Below, one piece after another: positions 19,383-29,376 of a stretch of DNA of 64,000 bases. The position numbers and the translations under genes are program-made. The notes under the pieces were generated by a model. That model did no database searches and was not told the DNA's origin. It worked only from the letters and a program-made list of their open reading frames with translations. This stretch comes from Pseudomonadota bacterium (GTDB taxonomy: Bacteria; Pseudomonadota; Gammaproteobacteria; JBCCGL01), in contig JBCCGL010000005.1 of NCBI GenBank assembly GCA_039029275.1, positions 209,122-273,121 on the forward strand. Reading direction: 5' to 3'. Each line of letters starts with the position of its first letter. The stretch's first letter is position 1.

Positions 19383-20107
19383 ACGCGCAAAACGGCCTCG
19401 GCCATTTCCATCATCGAGAAAAAGGTGAAGTCGACAGTTGGTCGTTTGGCTACTTCCGCTGTTGCCCCCCAAGAGCCGCCCTGCGATAAACGCTGACGAT
19501 CGATCCACGCTCTGGCTAACCCGGCGTTGGTCGCAGGCACATGATCGTGAAACAGACTTTGCGCGGTGTGCAAGATCTGGTCAGGTTCGACTCCCAAATC
19601 GCTCTTGATATTTTCCAACATAAAATCAAAGTTATTCGAATTTGGTTTGTATGAACCTGCATCCTCGGCGGTGTAAATCGCGTCGAACTCAACCCCAAGC
19701 CGATTATTTGATGCGGCAAATCCGGCGCGATCGACATTCGATAGAATCACGAGTTTGAAATGCTTTTTGAGAATGCGAAGCGCATCAGCGCTGTCAGAGA
19801 ATGCCGGCCAAAACGGCACGGATTCGCCGAAGGTGTCGTCAAGATCAGAGGTCGTTTCTAAATTGAACTCATCGGCAAGTGCTTGGTGCACGTGCCGAAG
19901 AACATCGGGATAAACCATTCCCGGTGTGGCGGCCTCCTGCGCGCTTTCTTTTTTTGCAAATTCGAGAAGCGCAGTATCGCGCGTTATGTCAGCTCGACGA
20001 TTGTGGCGGATTATCGGTTGCAGCGCGTCCCAGATCCCACTCTCCCAGTCGATCAGGGTGCCGTAGCAGTCGAAAGTAAGAGCAGAATAATCGGACAGTC
20101 CTTGCAT
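19379..20107 (-). CDS. HAD-superfamily hydrolase (haloacid dehalogenase type II-like)
   Basis: LTFDCYGTLIDWE (motif I DxYGT), …LSNVD… and …SYKPN… are HAD signature blocks. Confidence 0.7.
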   Translation of the reverse strand: MQGLSDYSALTFDCYGTLIDWESGIWDALQPIIRHNRRADITRDTALLEFAKKESAQEAATPGMVYPDVLRHVHQALADEFNLETTSDLDDTFGESVPFWPAFSDSADALRILKKHFKLVILSNVDRAGFAASNNRLGVEFDAIYTAEDAGSYKPNSNNFDFMLENIKSDLGVEPDQILHTAQSLFHDHVPATNAGLARAWIDRQRLSQGGSWGATAEVAKRPTVDFTFFSMMEMAEAVLRV

Positions 20108-20225
20108 CGTCAGTAGGCCGGGTTAGGTGTTTGCGAAAGCTTCACGTGTTATTTTGATTCGGACGAAATTACTCATGCGTTAAAAACGATATCACAAAGC
20201 CGAACATATTCAGAAAGTGATGTTG

Positions 20226-20708
20226 TCAGCGATTTATAGTCAGCTCCTTGGTAAAAAATTGACTATATGGATCAAGCTCGTAATTACCGAATGGTCCGCA
20301 CTTTACAAATCCATATTTTTTGTACATAGCGATTGCTGGAGCAAAAGCATCATGAGTACCCGTTTCCAAACTGACATGCAAATAGGCGCGCCGTTTAGCT
20401 TCAGCTAAAATCTCGCGCAGTATTTTTTCTCCAATGCCTTTTCGAAGGTAACGCTTATCTGTTTTCATAGACTTGATCTCACCAGATGTAGAGCACAATT
20501 CTTTAAGTGCTCCACAGCCCGCTATCTTTTCATCTAAACGAGCAGACCAAAATGTTATGGAGCTGTCCTTCAATTTTTCTGGCTCTATCGCGTGAATGCT
20601 CTGAGGTGGTGAATATTGATGCATTTCCTGCAGGTGATCATTGAGCAGTCTTGCAATATCGCCATCTGAGAGATCGTCTTTTTGTATTTCGACTTTCATA
20701 TTCTTCAA
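20226..20708 (-). CDS. GNAT-family N-acetyltransferase, in an AT-rich patch
   Basis: 160 aa with a GNAT core (…LRKGIGEKILREILAEAKRR…). The local base composition is visibly AT-richer than its neighbours. Confidence 0.75.
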   Translation of the reverse strand: MKNMKVEIQKDDLSDGDIARLLNDHLQEMHQYSPPQSIHAIEPEKLKDSSITFWSARLDEKIAGCGALKELCSTSGEIKSMKTDKRYLRKGIGEKILREILAEAKRRAYLHVSLETGTHDAFAPAIAMYKKYGFVKCGPFGNYELDPYSQFFTKELTINR

Positions 20709-20731
20709 CTAACTTAAAATTGCGTAAATCG

Positions 20732-20769
20732 AAAAAAAAAAACGGCAGTGACTTGAATAGTCACTGCCG
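20732..20769 (-). terminator. rho-independent terminator of ibpA
   Basis: Perfect 10-bp inverted repeat GGCAGTGACT-tgaata-AGTCACTGCC, followed on the minus strand by an 11-nt U-run, about 40 nt after the ibpA stop. Confidence 0.65.
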
Positions 20770-20805
20770 CCGATCTTGCTCTTAGTAAAAGAATTTACGC
20801 AGCGA

Positions 20806-21258
20806 TTACGCGACTTTGTGCGGGATCACTTTCTCCGCAGAACCAATCGCGATTGTCTTCGGCTTCATGGCCTCGGGCACTTCTTTCACCAGGCTGATAT
20901 TCAGCAAACCGTTATCAAGGCTCGCGCCGGTGACTTCGACGTGATCGGCAAGATTAAATTTGCGTTCGAAGCTGCGATTGGCGATGCCCTGGTAGAGATA
21001 ATTGCGCTGCACATCCGACTCGGCTTTTTTGCCGCGCACGGTTAGCACGCCTTTTTCTACCTGAATATCGAGTTCGCTTTCTTCGAAGCCTGCGACAGCC
21101 AGCGTAATGCCGTATTGGTCGTCGCCCGTGGCTTCGATATTGTACGGGGGATAACCCGCAGAAACTTGTTCACCGCGCAGTGCGGTATTCAGCAGCGAGC
21201 CGAAGCGGTCAAAGCCGATGCTGCTGCGATAAAGAGGGGTTAAATCGATAGTCGTCAT
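20806..21258 (-). CDS. ibpA: small heat-shock protein (Hsp20/alpha-crystallin family)
   Basis: The alpha-crystallin domain pattern YNIEATGDDQYGITLAVAGF…LTVRGKK…G(L)LNISL matches IbpA-like proteins. Confidence 0.85.
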   Translation of the reverse strand: MTTIDLTPLYRSSIGFDRFGSLLNTALRGEQVSAGYPPYNIEATGDDQYGITLAVAGFEESELDIQVEKGVLTVRGKKAESDVQRNYLYQGIANRSFERKFNLADHVEVTGASLDNGLLNISLVKEVPEAMKPKTIAIGSAEKVIPHKVA

Positions 21259-21915
21259 TGTATATTCTCCTAAAGAAGCAATATTGAGTTAAAAGGTCGC
21301 CCAACGCGGGCTGGCTTGCGGTGCTCTTTTTAAGACCCACCGTTTGCCTGTACTTCAATCTGGAGATGGACAAATTATTTTCAAGTTTTGGAGATGAGAA
21401 ATTACTAAAAAATGGTTCTCGAAGGCGCTTATGTGGGAAACATACGCTTAACCACCCATTTCAGGTCGGAGTCGCTCGAAGGTTGGGATGTCCGATGGAA
21501 CGACGGCCTATTTCGCTGCTGACGCTGTGAAGATGGCTATTTCGGGAGAAAACTCACCGTTGCCATCAATGGTTGACGCGGCGACTGTGTGAAATCCGGC
21601 GCGGGTAAATTCGGAACTCAAACTGACGCCGCAGACCGGACACGTATAAGCGTTAAGATCAGCGCCTGCGTCGTCTTGCATCGTGTACTTCGCAGGTTAA
21701 GTTTCGCTGGTGAGCGCGAAGCTGTCGCATGGAAGCCAGATTCCAAACCACTGGTCGGTCCCGGTTCGTATTTGACAATCCGTGCAATAGCAAAAAACCT
21801 GCTTTATCGGTTCACCTTAAAACTCAAAACGAACGCGACCACATTCGCAACCACCTGTTCGCATCACTATCTTCGCTAATTGACCACATACTTATTTTTT
21901 GTGGCACTGAAAAAT

Positions 21916-22815
21916 CTAGTCGTCGCTGTCGCCTAGCATACGCCCTACGAGTGTCTTTAATTCGTTTGAATCTGCACCGGCCATGACGAGCGATCGAACA
22001 CGCGACGCCAACTCATTGGCCAACAGTAGCCTGGAACGAAACTCGCGCTTATCTTTGTTTTCGTGCCGGGACTTCGCACAAAGACAGGTACCGATTGCAT
22101 CGACGAGTTCGTCGATGCCAGCGCTCTCTGTAGCCACAGTTTTGACAACCGGTACTTGCTGTTCTTCGGGATCACGCAACTGCAACATGGCGTTAAGCTG
22201 TCGCGCGGTTTGTGCAGCGAGGGGCGTATCCGCCTTGTTGATTACCAGCACATCGGCGGTCTCCAGAATGCCGGCCTTAATCGCCTGGATATCATCGCCA
22301 AGCCCCGGCGCGTTGACCACAACGCTAACGTCGGCAATTTCTGATACCTCTGTTTCCGACTGACCGGTCCCGACCGTTTCGAGCAGCACGACGTCCCACC
22401 CGGCGGCGTCGATCAGATCGATAACGGTGAGAATATCTACGCTTAAACCGCCGAGGTGCCCGCGCGTGGCGATCGAACGTATAAACACATCCGGGTCTTC
22501 GTCGAATCCGATCATTCGCACGCGATCACCCAACACCGCGCCCCCGGAAATTGGACTCGACGGATCAACCGCCACAACAGCAACGCGCTTTTGCCGCTCT
22601 CGCAAGGCCGCGATCAGGCAATTAATCAGGGTCGATTTGCCAACACCGGGAACGCCGGTAACGCCAACAAGGGACGCGTGGCCGATATAATCGTTAACAC
22701 ACTCTTGCAGCCTGGTCGCCAGCTCAGCGGATGACTCCACCAGACTGATCGCGCGCGCGAGTGCACCAGCGTCGCGATCGCACACCCGAGCGACCAGTTG
22801 ATCCAGCCGGGACAT
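21916..22815 (-). CDS. meaB: methylmalonyl-CoA-mutase-associated G-protein chaperone (MeaB/ArgK family)
   Basis: P-loop GVTGVPGVGKST plus the rest of the MeaB pattern. It lies directly downstream of the mutase large subunit. Confidence 0.85.
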   Translation of the reverse strand: MSRLDQLVARVCDRDAGALARAISLVESSAELATRLQECVNDYIGHASLVGVTGVPGVGKSTLINCLIAALRERQKRVAVVAVDPSSPISGGAVLGDRVRMIGFDEDPDVFIRSIATRGHLGGLSVDILTVIDLIDAAGWDVVLLETVGTGQSETEVSEIADVSVVVNAPGLGDDIQAIKAGILETADVLVINKADTPLAAQTARQLNAMLQLRDPEEQQVPVVKTVATESAGIDELVDAIGTCLCAKSRHENKDKREFRSRLLLANELASRVRSLVMAGADSNELKTLVGRMLGDSDD

Positions 22816-22828
22816 TTCGTGCGCCCGA

Positions 22829-24511
22829 TTATTCGACGATCAGCGGTCGCCCAAAGCCGAGCTCTTCGCGCAGGCAAGCGATAATTTCACCGTGCGTGCA
22901 ATCCTCTGCGGCCGCATCGATCACCGCGGCGAACACATTATCGTTTTTACTGTTGGCCGCCCTGCGCAAATTATCGATACCGTTGGCGACTCGCGGCCGA
23001 CTGCGCGCGGCTTTGAATTGCTTGAACGATTCAACGTGCGCCACCATGCGATCGGCGTCTGGCCGGTACGGCGGCACCGAGTGCGAGTCGTCGTCTTCGC
23101 GATAGCAGTTTACACCCACGATTTTTTCTTCGCCGGACTCAACCTTGTCCTGCCACTGCATCGCGGACTCGCCGATCATTGCCTGAACCACGCCGCTTTC
23201 AACCGCCTTGTACATGCCACCCGCCGTGTCGATCTGGTCGATAATGCTGCGAATTTTTGCATCCATCGCGTCGGTCAGCTGTTCTACGTAATAAGAACCC
23301 GCTAGCGGATCGATGACATCGCACAGGTGCGCCTCTTCGCGCAGGATGTTTTGCGTGGCGACTGCAATTTTTGCTGTGTCCTCGGTCGGGCAACTGATGG
23401 CTTCGTCGTAGGCGTCGGTGTGCATCGACTGCAGACCACTCAAAATGCCCGCGATAGCTTGCGCGGTGACTCGCGAGATATTGTTGAGCGGCTGTTGCGC
23501 GGTCAAATCGGCGCCGGATGTTTGCCCGTGAAACTTGAAACGCCAGGATTTGGGATTCTTTGCGCCCAGTCTTTCCCGCGCAATCTCGGCCCAGATGCGT
23601 CTACCCGCGCGAAATTTCGCGACCTCTTCGAACAAGCTGATTGAGATGTCAAAAAAGAACGTGAATCGGGGCAAAATAACGTCGGGATCCATACCGCGTC
23701 CAATGCAGTCCTCGGCGTATTGAAGCGCACTCGATAAGGTAAACGCCATGGTTTCCGCAGGTGTGGCGCCGGCCTGTTGCATGTGCTGTCCAACAATCGA
23801 CATTGGGTTCCAGTTGGGCACGTGTTGGCGACAAAACTCGATGTGGTCAAGCAACAAGCGGCGCGAGCCCGGCAGCGAAAGCCGGTAAAACATGTGGTTG
23901 GCAACAAAGTGTGAGATGTAGTCGCTTTGATTCGACGTGCCGCTGATTTTGTCCCACCCCACGCCGCGTCGACGCGCAACATTCAGGACGAAGGCAAGCA
24001 GCGTAAATGGCGATGGGTCATTCATCGCGGTAGAGATTCGGTCAATCGGCACGCCGTCGAGAGCGCTGTCCATGTGCTCGACCGTGTTAACCACCGTGCC
24101 GCACGTGCCCAGCAACGGCAGCGGTACTTCGTCGCAGTCATTGCCGCGAAAGCCGGAGTTGCACGGCAGCAGGCTGATCGCATTGGCGCCGCGATCGAGA
24201 ATTGTGCGTACCCGCTCATTGTAATCGTGTGGAGTGCCGAGTCCGATCAACTGACGCTGCGACCAGGTTCTGCCGCGGTGCATGGTGGGATAGATGCCGC
24301 GCGTGTAGGGATACTGTCCAGGAAATCCGAGCTGCTCAAGAAACTCGTTTTCATCACACTCACCTGCCGGCGTGTACAGCGGATCGATTTCGATGCCGGA
24401 TCGGTTGCGAACGGTTTTGTCGTTGGCACCGATCTGCTGGCGATATTCCTCACTCCACTCGCCCGACGCGCGGGCAAGTGGCGATTCTTTGCGTTGATCA
24501 AATTTATGCAT
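22829..24511 (-). CDS. B12-dependent acyl-CoA mutase large (substrate-binding TIM-barrel) subunit, split type, specificity unassigned
   Basis: 560 aa with the MCM-family barrel (…[22 protein letters not shown]…). It lacks a C-terminal B12 domain, which is encoded separately upstream. Confidence 0.85.
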   Translation of the reverse strand: MHKFDQRKESPLARASGEWSEEYRQQIGANDKTVRNRSGIEIDPLYTPAGECDENEFLEQLGFPGQYPYTRGIYPTMHRGRTWSQRQLIGLGTPHDYNERVRTILDRGANAISLLPCNSGFRGNDCDEVPLPLLGTCGTVVNTVEHMDSALDGVPIDRISTAMNDPSPFTLLAFVLNVARRRGVGWDKISGTSNQSDYISHFVANHMFYRLSLPGSRRLLLDHIEFCRQHVPNWNPMSIVGQHMQQAGATPAETMAFTLSSALQYAEDCIGRGMDPDVILPRFTFFFDISISLFEEVAKFRAGRRIWAEIARERLGAKNPKSWRFKFHGQTSGADLTAQQPLNNISRVTAQAIAGILSGLQSMHTDAYDEAISCPTEDTAKIAVATQNILREEAHLCDVIDPLAGSYYVEQLTDAMDAKIRSIIDQIDTAGGMYKAVESGVVQAMIGESAMQWQDKVESGEEKIVGVNCYREDDDSHSVPPYRPDADRMVAHVESFKQFKAARSRPRVANGIDNLRRAANSKNDNVFAAVIDAAAEDCTHGEIIACLREELGFGRPLIVE

Positions 24512-24550
24512 GTTGAATGTCTCCCGCTCCGAATGCTGTGTCGGGGTTGA

Positions 24551-24976
24551 TTACATTAGATAAGCCGCAAGTTTTTCTTGTCTGGTTGCATTCCCCAGTC
24601 GCAGTGCGCAGTCAACGATCTCGTCGCGCAGCGATCCCGGACCGAAAATCGCCCGTACACCGACTTCCTTGAGCATTGCGTGCTCGGGATCGGGCACGAT
24701 CCCGCCAACAAAAACGGCGACATTGGCCAGGCCCGCATCGTCCAGCGCCTGCATTAAATCGGGAATGATCAGGTGGTCGGTCGCCAGCGTGCTGATACCA
24801 ATGAGATCGACGTCTTCCTGGGTCGCGAGCTGGACCACTGCATCAATCGATTGCCACGGCGGTGTGTAAATAACCTCCATGCCCGCGTCGCGCAGGTAGC
24901 TGGCGACGATTCGGCTACCACGGTCGTGGCCGTCAAGTCCAATCTTGGTGATGAGTACACGGCAGGGAGTGTTCAC
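24551..24976 (-). CDS. acyl-CoA mutase small subunit (cobalamin-binding domain)
   Basis: 141 aa. The DxHxxG B12-binding motif (GLDGHDRG) and the Rossmann-like remainder fit the small subunit. Confidence 0.8.
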   Translation of the reverse strand: MNTPCRVLITKIGLDGHDRGSRIVASYLRDAGMEVIYTPPWQSIDAVVQLATQEDVDLIGISTLATDHLIIPDLMQALDDAGLANVAVFVGGIVPDPEHAMLKEVGVRAIFGPGSLRDEIVDCALRLGNATRQEKLAAYLM

Positions 24977-24996
24977 ATCATTAACCTAACAACTGT

Positions 24997-25653
24997 TTGT
25001 TTTTCTATTACAACGCAGCTACGGTACACTGTCAACCATTTTGCAACTGGAGCCTTGCTGCCGTGCCAGCAACTGATGTGAAATCTACGCGCCGCCGCTC
25101 GCATAACCGCGTGCAACCTTTGCTCGATGCTGCCGCGAAACTGTTCACCGTGAAGGGTTATCGGGAGACCACTATGCGGGATATCGCCGCCGAAGCAGGA
25201 ATGCAGGCCGGTTCGGTTTACTACCATTTCAAATCGAAGGCGGATTTGTTGCTGGCCGTTTATACCCTGGCGGTAGATAGTCTTGAAGCGCAACTCGAGA
25301 GCGCGCTATCGAACGTTGATGACCCGTGGCAACGGCTTGAGGTCGCCGTGGTCGCGCACCTAGAAACCATTCTCGATCACAACGACTATTCGAGTGTCAT
25401 GATCGGCGTGACACCCGATAAGGCGGAGGATATTCGGCCAGCGCTTATCGCCTTACGCGACCGTTACGAATCGTACTTTGAAGCGATCATCGCGCGATTA
25501 CCTCTGGCTAAACGAACCGATCGTCGATTGCTGCGACTGATGTTGCTAGGTGCGCTCAACTCGACCAAATCCTGGTACAAAGAAGACGAGAAATCTGCCA
25601 GGGCAGTCGGGATCGCGTACGTGAGATTTCTCAGAAATTCGATCGAAGCGTGA
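24997..25653 (+). CDS. TetR/AcrR-family transcriptional regulator, divergent from the mutase operon
   Basis: HTH block …FTVKGYRETTMRDIAAEAGMQAGSVYYHF… is a TetR signature. The true start is possibly a little downstream of 24997. Confidence 0.75.
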   Translation: MFFYYNAATVHCQPFCNWSLAAVPATDVKSTRRRSHNRVQPLLDAAAKLFTVKGYRETTMRDIAAEAGMQAGSVYYHFKSKADLLLAVYTLAVDSLEAQLESALSNVDDPWQRLEVAVVAHLETILDHNDYSSVMIGVTPDKAEDIRPALIALRDRYESYFEAIIARLPLAKRTDRRLLRLMLLGALNSTKSWYKEDEKSARAVGIAYVRFLRNSIEA

Positions 25654-25747
25654 GTCGCGAGAGCGGATTCAATACGTTTTGTGCGCTGGTTCATTCAGTC
25701 GCCCCACGTAAGGGTCCCTTGCCGCGTGTAGTTGATTCGACTCAGAA

Positions 25748-26704
25748 TTACCCTGGGGGTTTTTCAAGCGGCTGGCCGCATGTGGGACAAAAACCGGATT
25801 GCTCCAGTGTTTCGCTGTGTATTTGATCGCGGATTTGTTCGGCTGCGCGCCGCGAAAGACCCAGGCTTTTGCGCAGGGCATCGATGTCGGCTTCTTCAAC
25901 ATTACAGATATTGCCATCCTCGAGCGCCCTGCGAAATTCTCTTTTCAAGCTTGCACGGCGTCGGTGTAGCTGATCGTTGAGCCCACTGGCAATAATGCCG
26001 GCGGGCAGTGCTGCCATTCCGATTCCGACGATGGTAATAATCGCCCCGAAAACTTTTCCTGCAACCGTAATAGGCGTCACATCACCATAACCCACTGTTG
26101 TTAGCGTTGCGACTGCCCACCACATCGCCGCGGGAATCGACCCGAAGGCTTCAGGTTGCGCCTTGTGCTCGACCAGCCAGGCGCCACTGGCAGCGAACAC
26201 CAGCATCAGCATAAGAATAAAAAATCCCGCGAAAAATGCACCGGCTTCTTCCTCAAACACAGCGAGCAGCATTGCAAGTGCCGGCGAGTAGCGCGTGAGC
26301 TTGAGCAGGCGCAACATGCGGAAGGTCCGCAGTATTCGCAGATCAATCGGGATAATCAGGTAGAGCAATGAGGGCAATATCGCCAACAGATCAATTAGCG
26401 CCAGCGGTGACTTTGCCCACGCCAAACGCGAAGGTGTGTCCGGGTTTTCAGGCGCGACCCAAAGTCGCGCTGCATACTCAATGACAAACACACTGAGTGA
26501 AAAGACTTCAAAGAAATCGAAGAGCGGCTGCCAACTGGTGTAAAGCGAATCGACGGTCTCCAATATAACCGCGACCACATTTAGCGTGATCAGGACAATC
26601 AGCGATATCTCGAGCAGGCGAGGTCCGTCGGCACCCCGATCAGGGCGCTCAAGCCACCAGTAAACGCGTGACCGCAATGTCGGAGGCACGATGACCTCAC
26701 TCAT
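25748..26704 (-). CDS. voltage-gated potassium channel (6TM, Kv/KvAP-like)
   Basis: The selectivity filter TVGYGD, an S4 with Arg at every third position (LRILRTFRMLRLLKLTR) and the pore helix identify it. The start is taken at MSEVIV, which overlaps the upstream stop as ATGA. Confidence 0.8.
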   Translation of the reverse strand: MSEVIVPPTLRSRVYWWLERPDRGADGPRLLEISLIVLITLNVVAVILETVDSLYTSWQPLFDFFEVFSLSVFVIEYAARLWVAPENPDTPSRLAWAKSPLALIDLLAILPSLLYLIIPIDLRILRTFRMLRLLKLTRYSPALAMLLAVFEEEAGAFFAGFFILMLMLVFAASGAWLVEHKAQPEAFGSIPAAMWWAVATLTTVGYGDVTPITVAGKVFGAIITIVGIGMAALPAGIIASGLNDQLHRRRASLKREFRRALEDGNICNVEEADIDALRKSLGLSRRAAEQIRDQIHSETLEQSGFCPTCGQPLEKPPG

Positions 26705-27887
26705 GACGAAGCTTGCTCCAACCGCGCACAAGTGGAACCGCGATTTGACTGAACAGCGCTGTACCCCAAAGCAAATTGCCGACCAAAGCAGGAACGTGCG
26801 GCACCACAAAGAACGTCGCGATCGCCAGACCTATCCCGAACAAGCGGATATCTCCGCGACCGAAATCCGACTCGATGCGATGCTCGATAACGTGCCGCAG
26901 TGCCCAAAGCATCGCTATATATCCAGCCAGACCAAAACAGCCAACGGCGGCGTACTTTGTTGGATACGGCTCCCAAAATCCGACTTTCACCTCAGCGGCC
27001 AACGCGACACCCACCATAACACCGCAAAGCATCAGGACCAGATGCGCAAGCCACCAAAATACCAGCGTGGAAATTCGGCTGTCCTTCGGTTTACCGTTGC
27101 CGATAAAGTCGAAATAAATCCAGCACATGATGAACATCGAGACGCCGCCGATGACAAAATTGACCAGCACATCGGGCGTCACTTTGTAAATTCCTTTCTC
27201 GGAGAGGGTCACCACCAGTTTAAAAAAACCCTCGCCTAATACGATCAGTGTCAGTAGTGCAAAACGTTCAGCCATATGTGCCATTCGTGGCGCAAATCGC
27301 TCAAACCGCAGCACGCTCAGCTTGGGAATCTGGTACACGGTTTGGGTGGCCAGCATGGTGAGCCCGAACATCCAATAACCATAGGGCTGGGGTACAAGCC
27401 CTGACACCGCAAATAAGACAGAAAAAAAGATGAAATTGCGCGCCTGCTCCGAGCACAACGATTGACCAGTAGAATTATTGCGCCGGGCGCGAAGGTAAAG
27501 GGCTGCAAGCAGTGCTCGATTGACAGCAAAACCCAGAGTAAAAAATGCCCACCCCTTACCGTCGATTGCCGGGATGGCGGCCGCCATAAACATCACGGTG
27601 CAAATCATCATCGACATGATGATTCTGTGCCATACATCAGTACTGACAAAGATTGAATTGAAAACACTCAACTCACCCCAGGCATACCAAAGCGCAATAA
27701 AAACGCCGGCAAAAATAAAAAATCCCTGAACGGTTAAATGATCTGAAAGGAAATTACCCAATAAAAAAATGGTGACGACGTGGATCAAGTCGTAAAACAA
27801 CTCGGTCCAGTGCACGTGCTCGTGCACGTGATCAAGATCGTGATGATGTTGTGGCTTGCGCCACATCGGGTGGTCATTCAATGCCAT
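26697..27887 (-). CDS. LtrA-family (low-temperature-requirement A-like) integral membrane protein
   Basis: 396 aa. The N-terminal …RKPQHHH…VHWTELFYDLIHVVTIF… block is characteristic of the LtrA/DUF1211-type family. There are about ten TM helices. Confidence 0.7.
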   Translation of the reverse strand: MALNDHPMWRKPQHHHDLDHVHEHVHWTELFYDLIHVVTIFLLGNFLSDHLTVQGFFIFAGVFIALWYAWGELSVFNSIFVSTDVWHRIIMSMMICTVMFMAAAIPAIDGKGWAFFTLGFAVNRALLAALYLRARRNNSTGQSLCSEQARNFIFFSVLFAVSGLVPQPYGYWMFGLTMLATQTVYQIPKLSVLRFERFAPRMAHMAERFALLTLIVLGEGFFKLVVTLSEKGIYKVTPDVLVNFVIGGVSMFIMCWIYFDFIGNGKPKDSRISTLVFWWLAHLVLMLCGVMVGVALAAEVKVGFWEPYPTKYAAVGCFGLAGYIAMLWALRHVIEHRIESDFGRGDIRLFGIGLAIATFFVVPHVPALVGNLLWGTALFSQIAVPLVRGWSKLRHE

Positions 27888-27962
27888 GGAAGGACTCGTT
27901 ATCAGTCGATTCAGTTCGGGGCAGATCCAGGTGCTGCGCGGAGTTTAATGAAAATCTAACGT

Positions 27963-28430
27963 TCAACCACGCCCCCGATATCCTGCAACGCCTTGATCGG
28001 GTGCCCAAACACCTGCGGGGAGTTCCCCGTGCTGAAAAAACACATCGATAGGAATACCACCGCGTGGATACCAGTACCCACCAATGCGAAGCCATCTGGG
28101 ATTCAGCTCGTCGACCAGTCTGCGTGCGATGCTGACGGTACAGTCTTCGTGAAATGCGCCGTGATTTCGAAACGAACCCAAAAACAGTTTTAGTGATTTG
28201 CTCTCTACCAGTTTTTCATTCGGCACGTAATCGATCACCAGATGCGCGAAATCCGGTTGGCCGGTTATTGGACACAGCGAGGTGAATTCCGGCGCGGTAA
28301 ACCGGGTCACATAATCAACATCGCGTTGAGGGTTTGGCACGGTTTCGAGCACCGCTTGTTCCGGCGACTGCGGCTGGATCGTGTCGCCACCCAGCTGCGT
28401 GAGGTTTTCGTAAATTGATTGATCGGTCAT
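27963..28430 (-). CDS. queF: NADPH-dependent 7-cyano-7-deazaguanine (preQ0) reductase, type I
   Basis: …[15 protein letters not shown]…, with the Cys in the QueF motif, and …HEDC… match QueF. Confidence 0.85.
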   Translation of the reverse strand: MTDQSIYENLTQLGGDTIQPQSPEQAVLETVPNPQRDVDYVTRFTAPEFTSLCPITGQPDFAHLVIDYVPNEKLVESKSLKLFLGSFRNHGAFHEDCTVSIARRLVDELNPRWLRIGGYWYPRGGIPIDVFFQHGELPAGVWAPDQGVAGYRGRG

Positions 28431-28513
28431 GATTCTTTTCTGCTTGAAACCAGTTGAAAACAGACAACTAAAAAACGTTATCGAGGCAGGTTATGCAAGG
28501 CATAAAATTGATG

Positions 28514-28537
28514 AAAAAACGGTCTGGAACCGTTTTT
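28514..28537. terminator. bidirectional hairpin terminator between queE and queF
   Basis: AAAAACGGT-ctgga-ACCGTTTTT is a palindromic stem flanked by A-runs and T-runs on both strands. Confidence 0.5.
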
Positions 28538-28584
28538 AGCGCCAGCCTCGTAGGGGTGAAGCGCATGGACGCGCTGAACACAAA

Positions 28585-28629
28585 GCGCAGTTTACACGGA
28601 GTAAATGAGCATTTTGAATCAATTTTTAA
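28585..28629. repeat. copy B of the same motif (GCGCAGTTTACACGGAGTAAATGAGCA-TTTTGAATCAATTTTTAA)
   Basis: Direct sequence comparison with 5077-5152. It is located between the queE stop and the queE/queF terminator hairpin. Confidence 0.6.
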
Positions 28630-28656
28630 CGCTGCAAAACCAACGTAGATAGTTTT

Positions 28657-29376
28657 TTATACACCGCGCTCATTGCCCCATAACTGCACATGCAACTGCG
28701 GCAACACGCGCACATTAAACCAATGTCGGGAATTGACTTCATCGACCAGCCATCGCATTTTTGCATTCAGCGCATCGGGATCGACCGCTGCGTCACCGCT
28801 GCTTAGATTGCACGGCTGCAGTACGATCGGCAGTTGGGGGTGCGCGATGCGCCGCTCGCCAGCCCATTCGAGATCGCGCTCGTCCGCAACCACTATCTTT
28901 AACGATAGTGATGTATTGCTTCCCACAGCTTTAATGCACGCTGATAATTTTTCTGCATCGAATTTCATTTTTGACGACGGCGGCTTGGGGCTTAGCGTCA
29001 TCGCATCGAGTTTGGAAAACCAGGGCTGCAGGACTGTGCCCTGCGTTTCCATCGCGAAGGTGAACCCTTTTTTGTGTCCAGCGTCAATTAACTCGTCCAG
29101 AGGTTGCATCGCCGGATTGCCGCCGGAAAGCGTAATCAAGATCGGCTGCCCGTGGCTGAGCTTCTCGACTTTTTCCAGCACTGCGCCCGCACTCATGGGT
29201 ATCCAGTCCTTGCGATACTTTTTATCGACCGCGTAAAGCGTATCGCACCAACTGCAGCGAAAGTCACAGCCGCCGGTGCGGACAAAAACCGTGGGCTGGC
29301 CAATCAACGCGCCTTCGCCCTGAATCGTCGGGCCGAATATCTCGCTGATAAAAATCGTGTCGGTGGATGTGCTCAC
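28657..29376 (-). CDS. queE: 7-carboxy-7-deazaguanine synthase (radical SAM)
   Basis: The CDFRCSWCDT cluster and the QueE-specific layout identify it. It is adjacent to queD and queC. Confidence 0.9.
   Translation of the reverse strand: MSTSTDTIFISEIFGPTIQGEGALIGQPTVFVRTGGCDFRCSWCDTLYAVDKKYRKDWIPMSAGAVLEKVEKLSHGQPILITLSGGNPAMQPLDELIDAGHKKGFTFAMETQGTVLQPWFSKLDAMTLSPKPPSSKMKFDAEKLSACIKAVGSNTSLSLKIVVADERDLEWAGERRIAHPQLPIVLQPCNLSSGDAAVDPDALNAKMRWLVDEVNSRHWFNVRVLPQLHVQLWGNERGV

Noticed and set aside
21505-21681. 57-aa minus-strand ORF with CPVCG (possible zinc-ribbon peptide) in the ibpA-meaB gap
   Set aside because: There is only one CxxC pair and no Shine-Dalgarno sequence. It falls below the ORF-track threshold. 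Likely fortuitous.
23927-24550. 207-aa plus-strand ORF antisense to the mutase large subunit (and similar antisense ORFs 22892-23305, 24202-24516)
   Set aside because: Antisense to a strongly conserved CDS. High-GC shadow ORFs.
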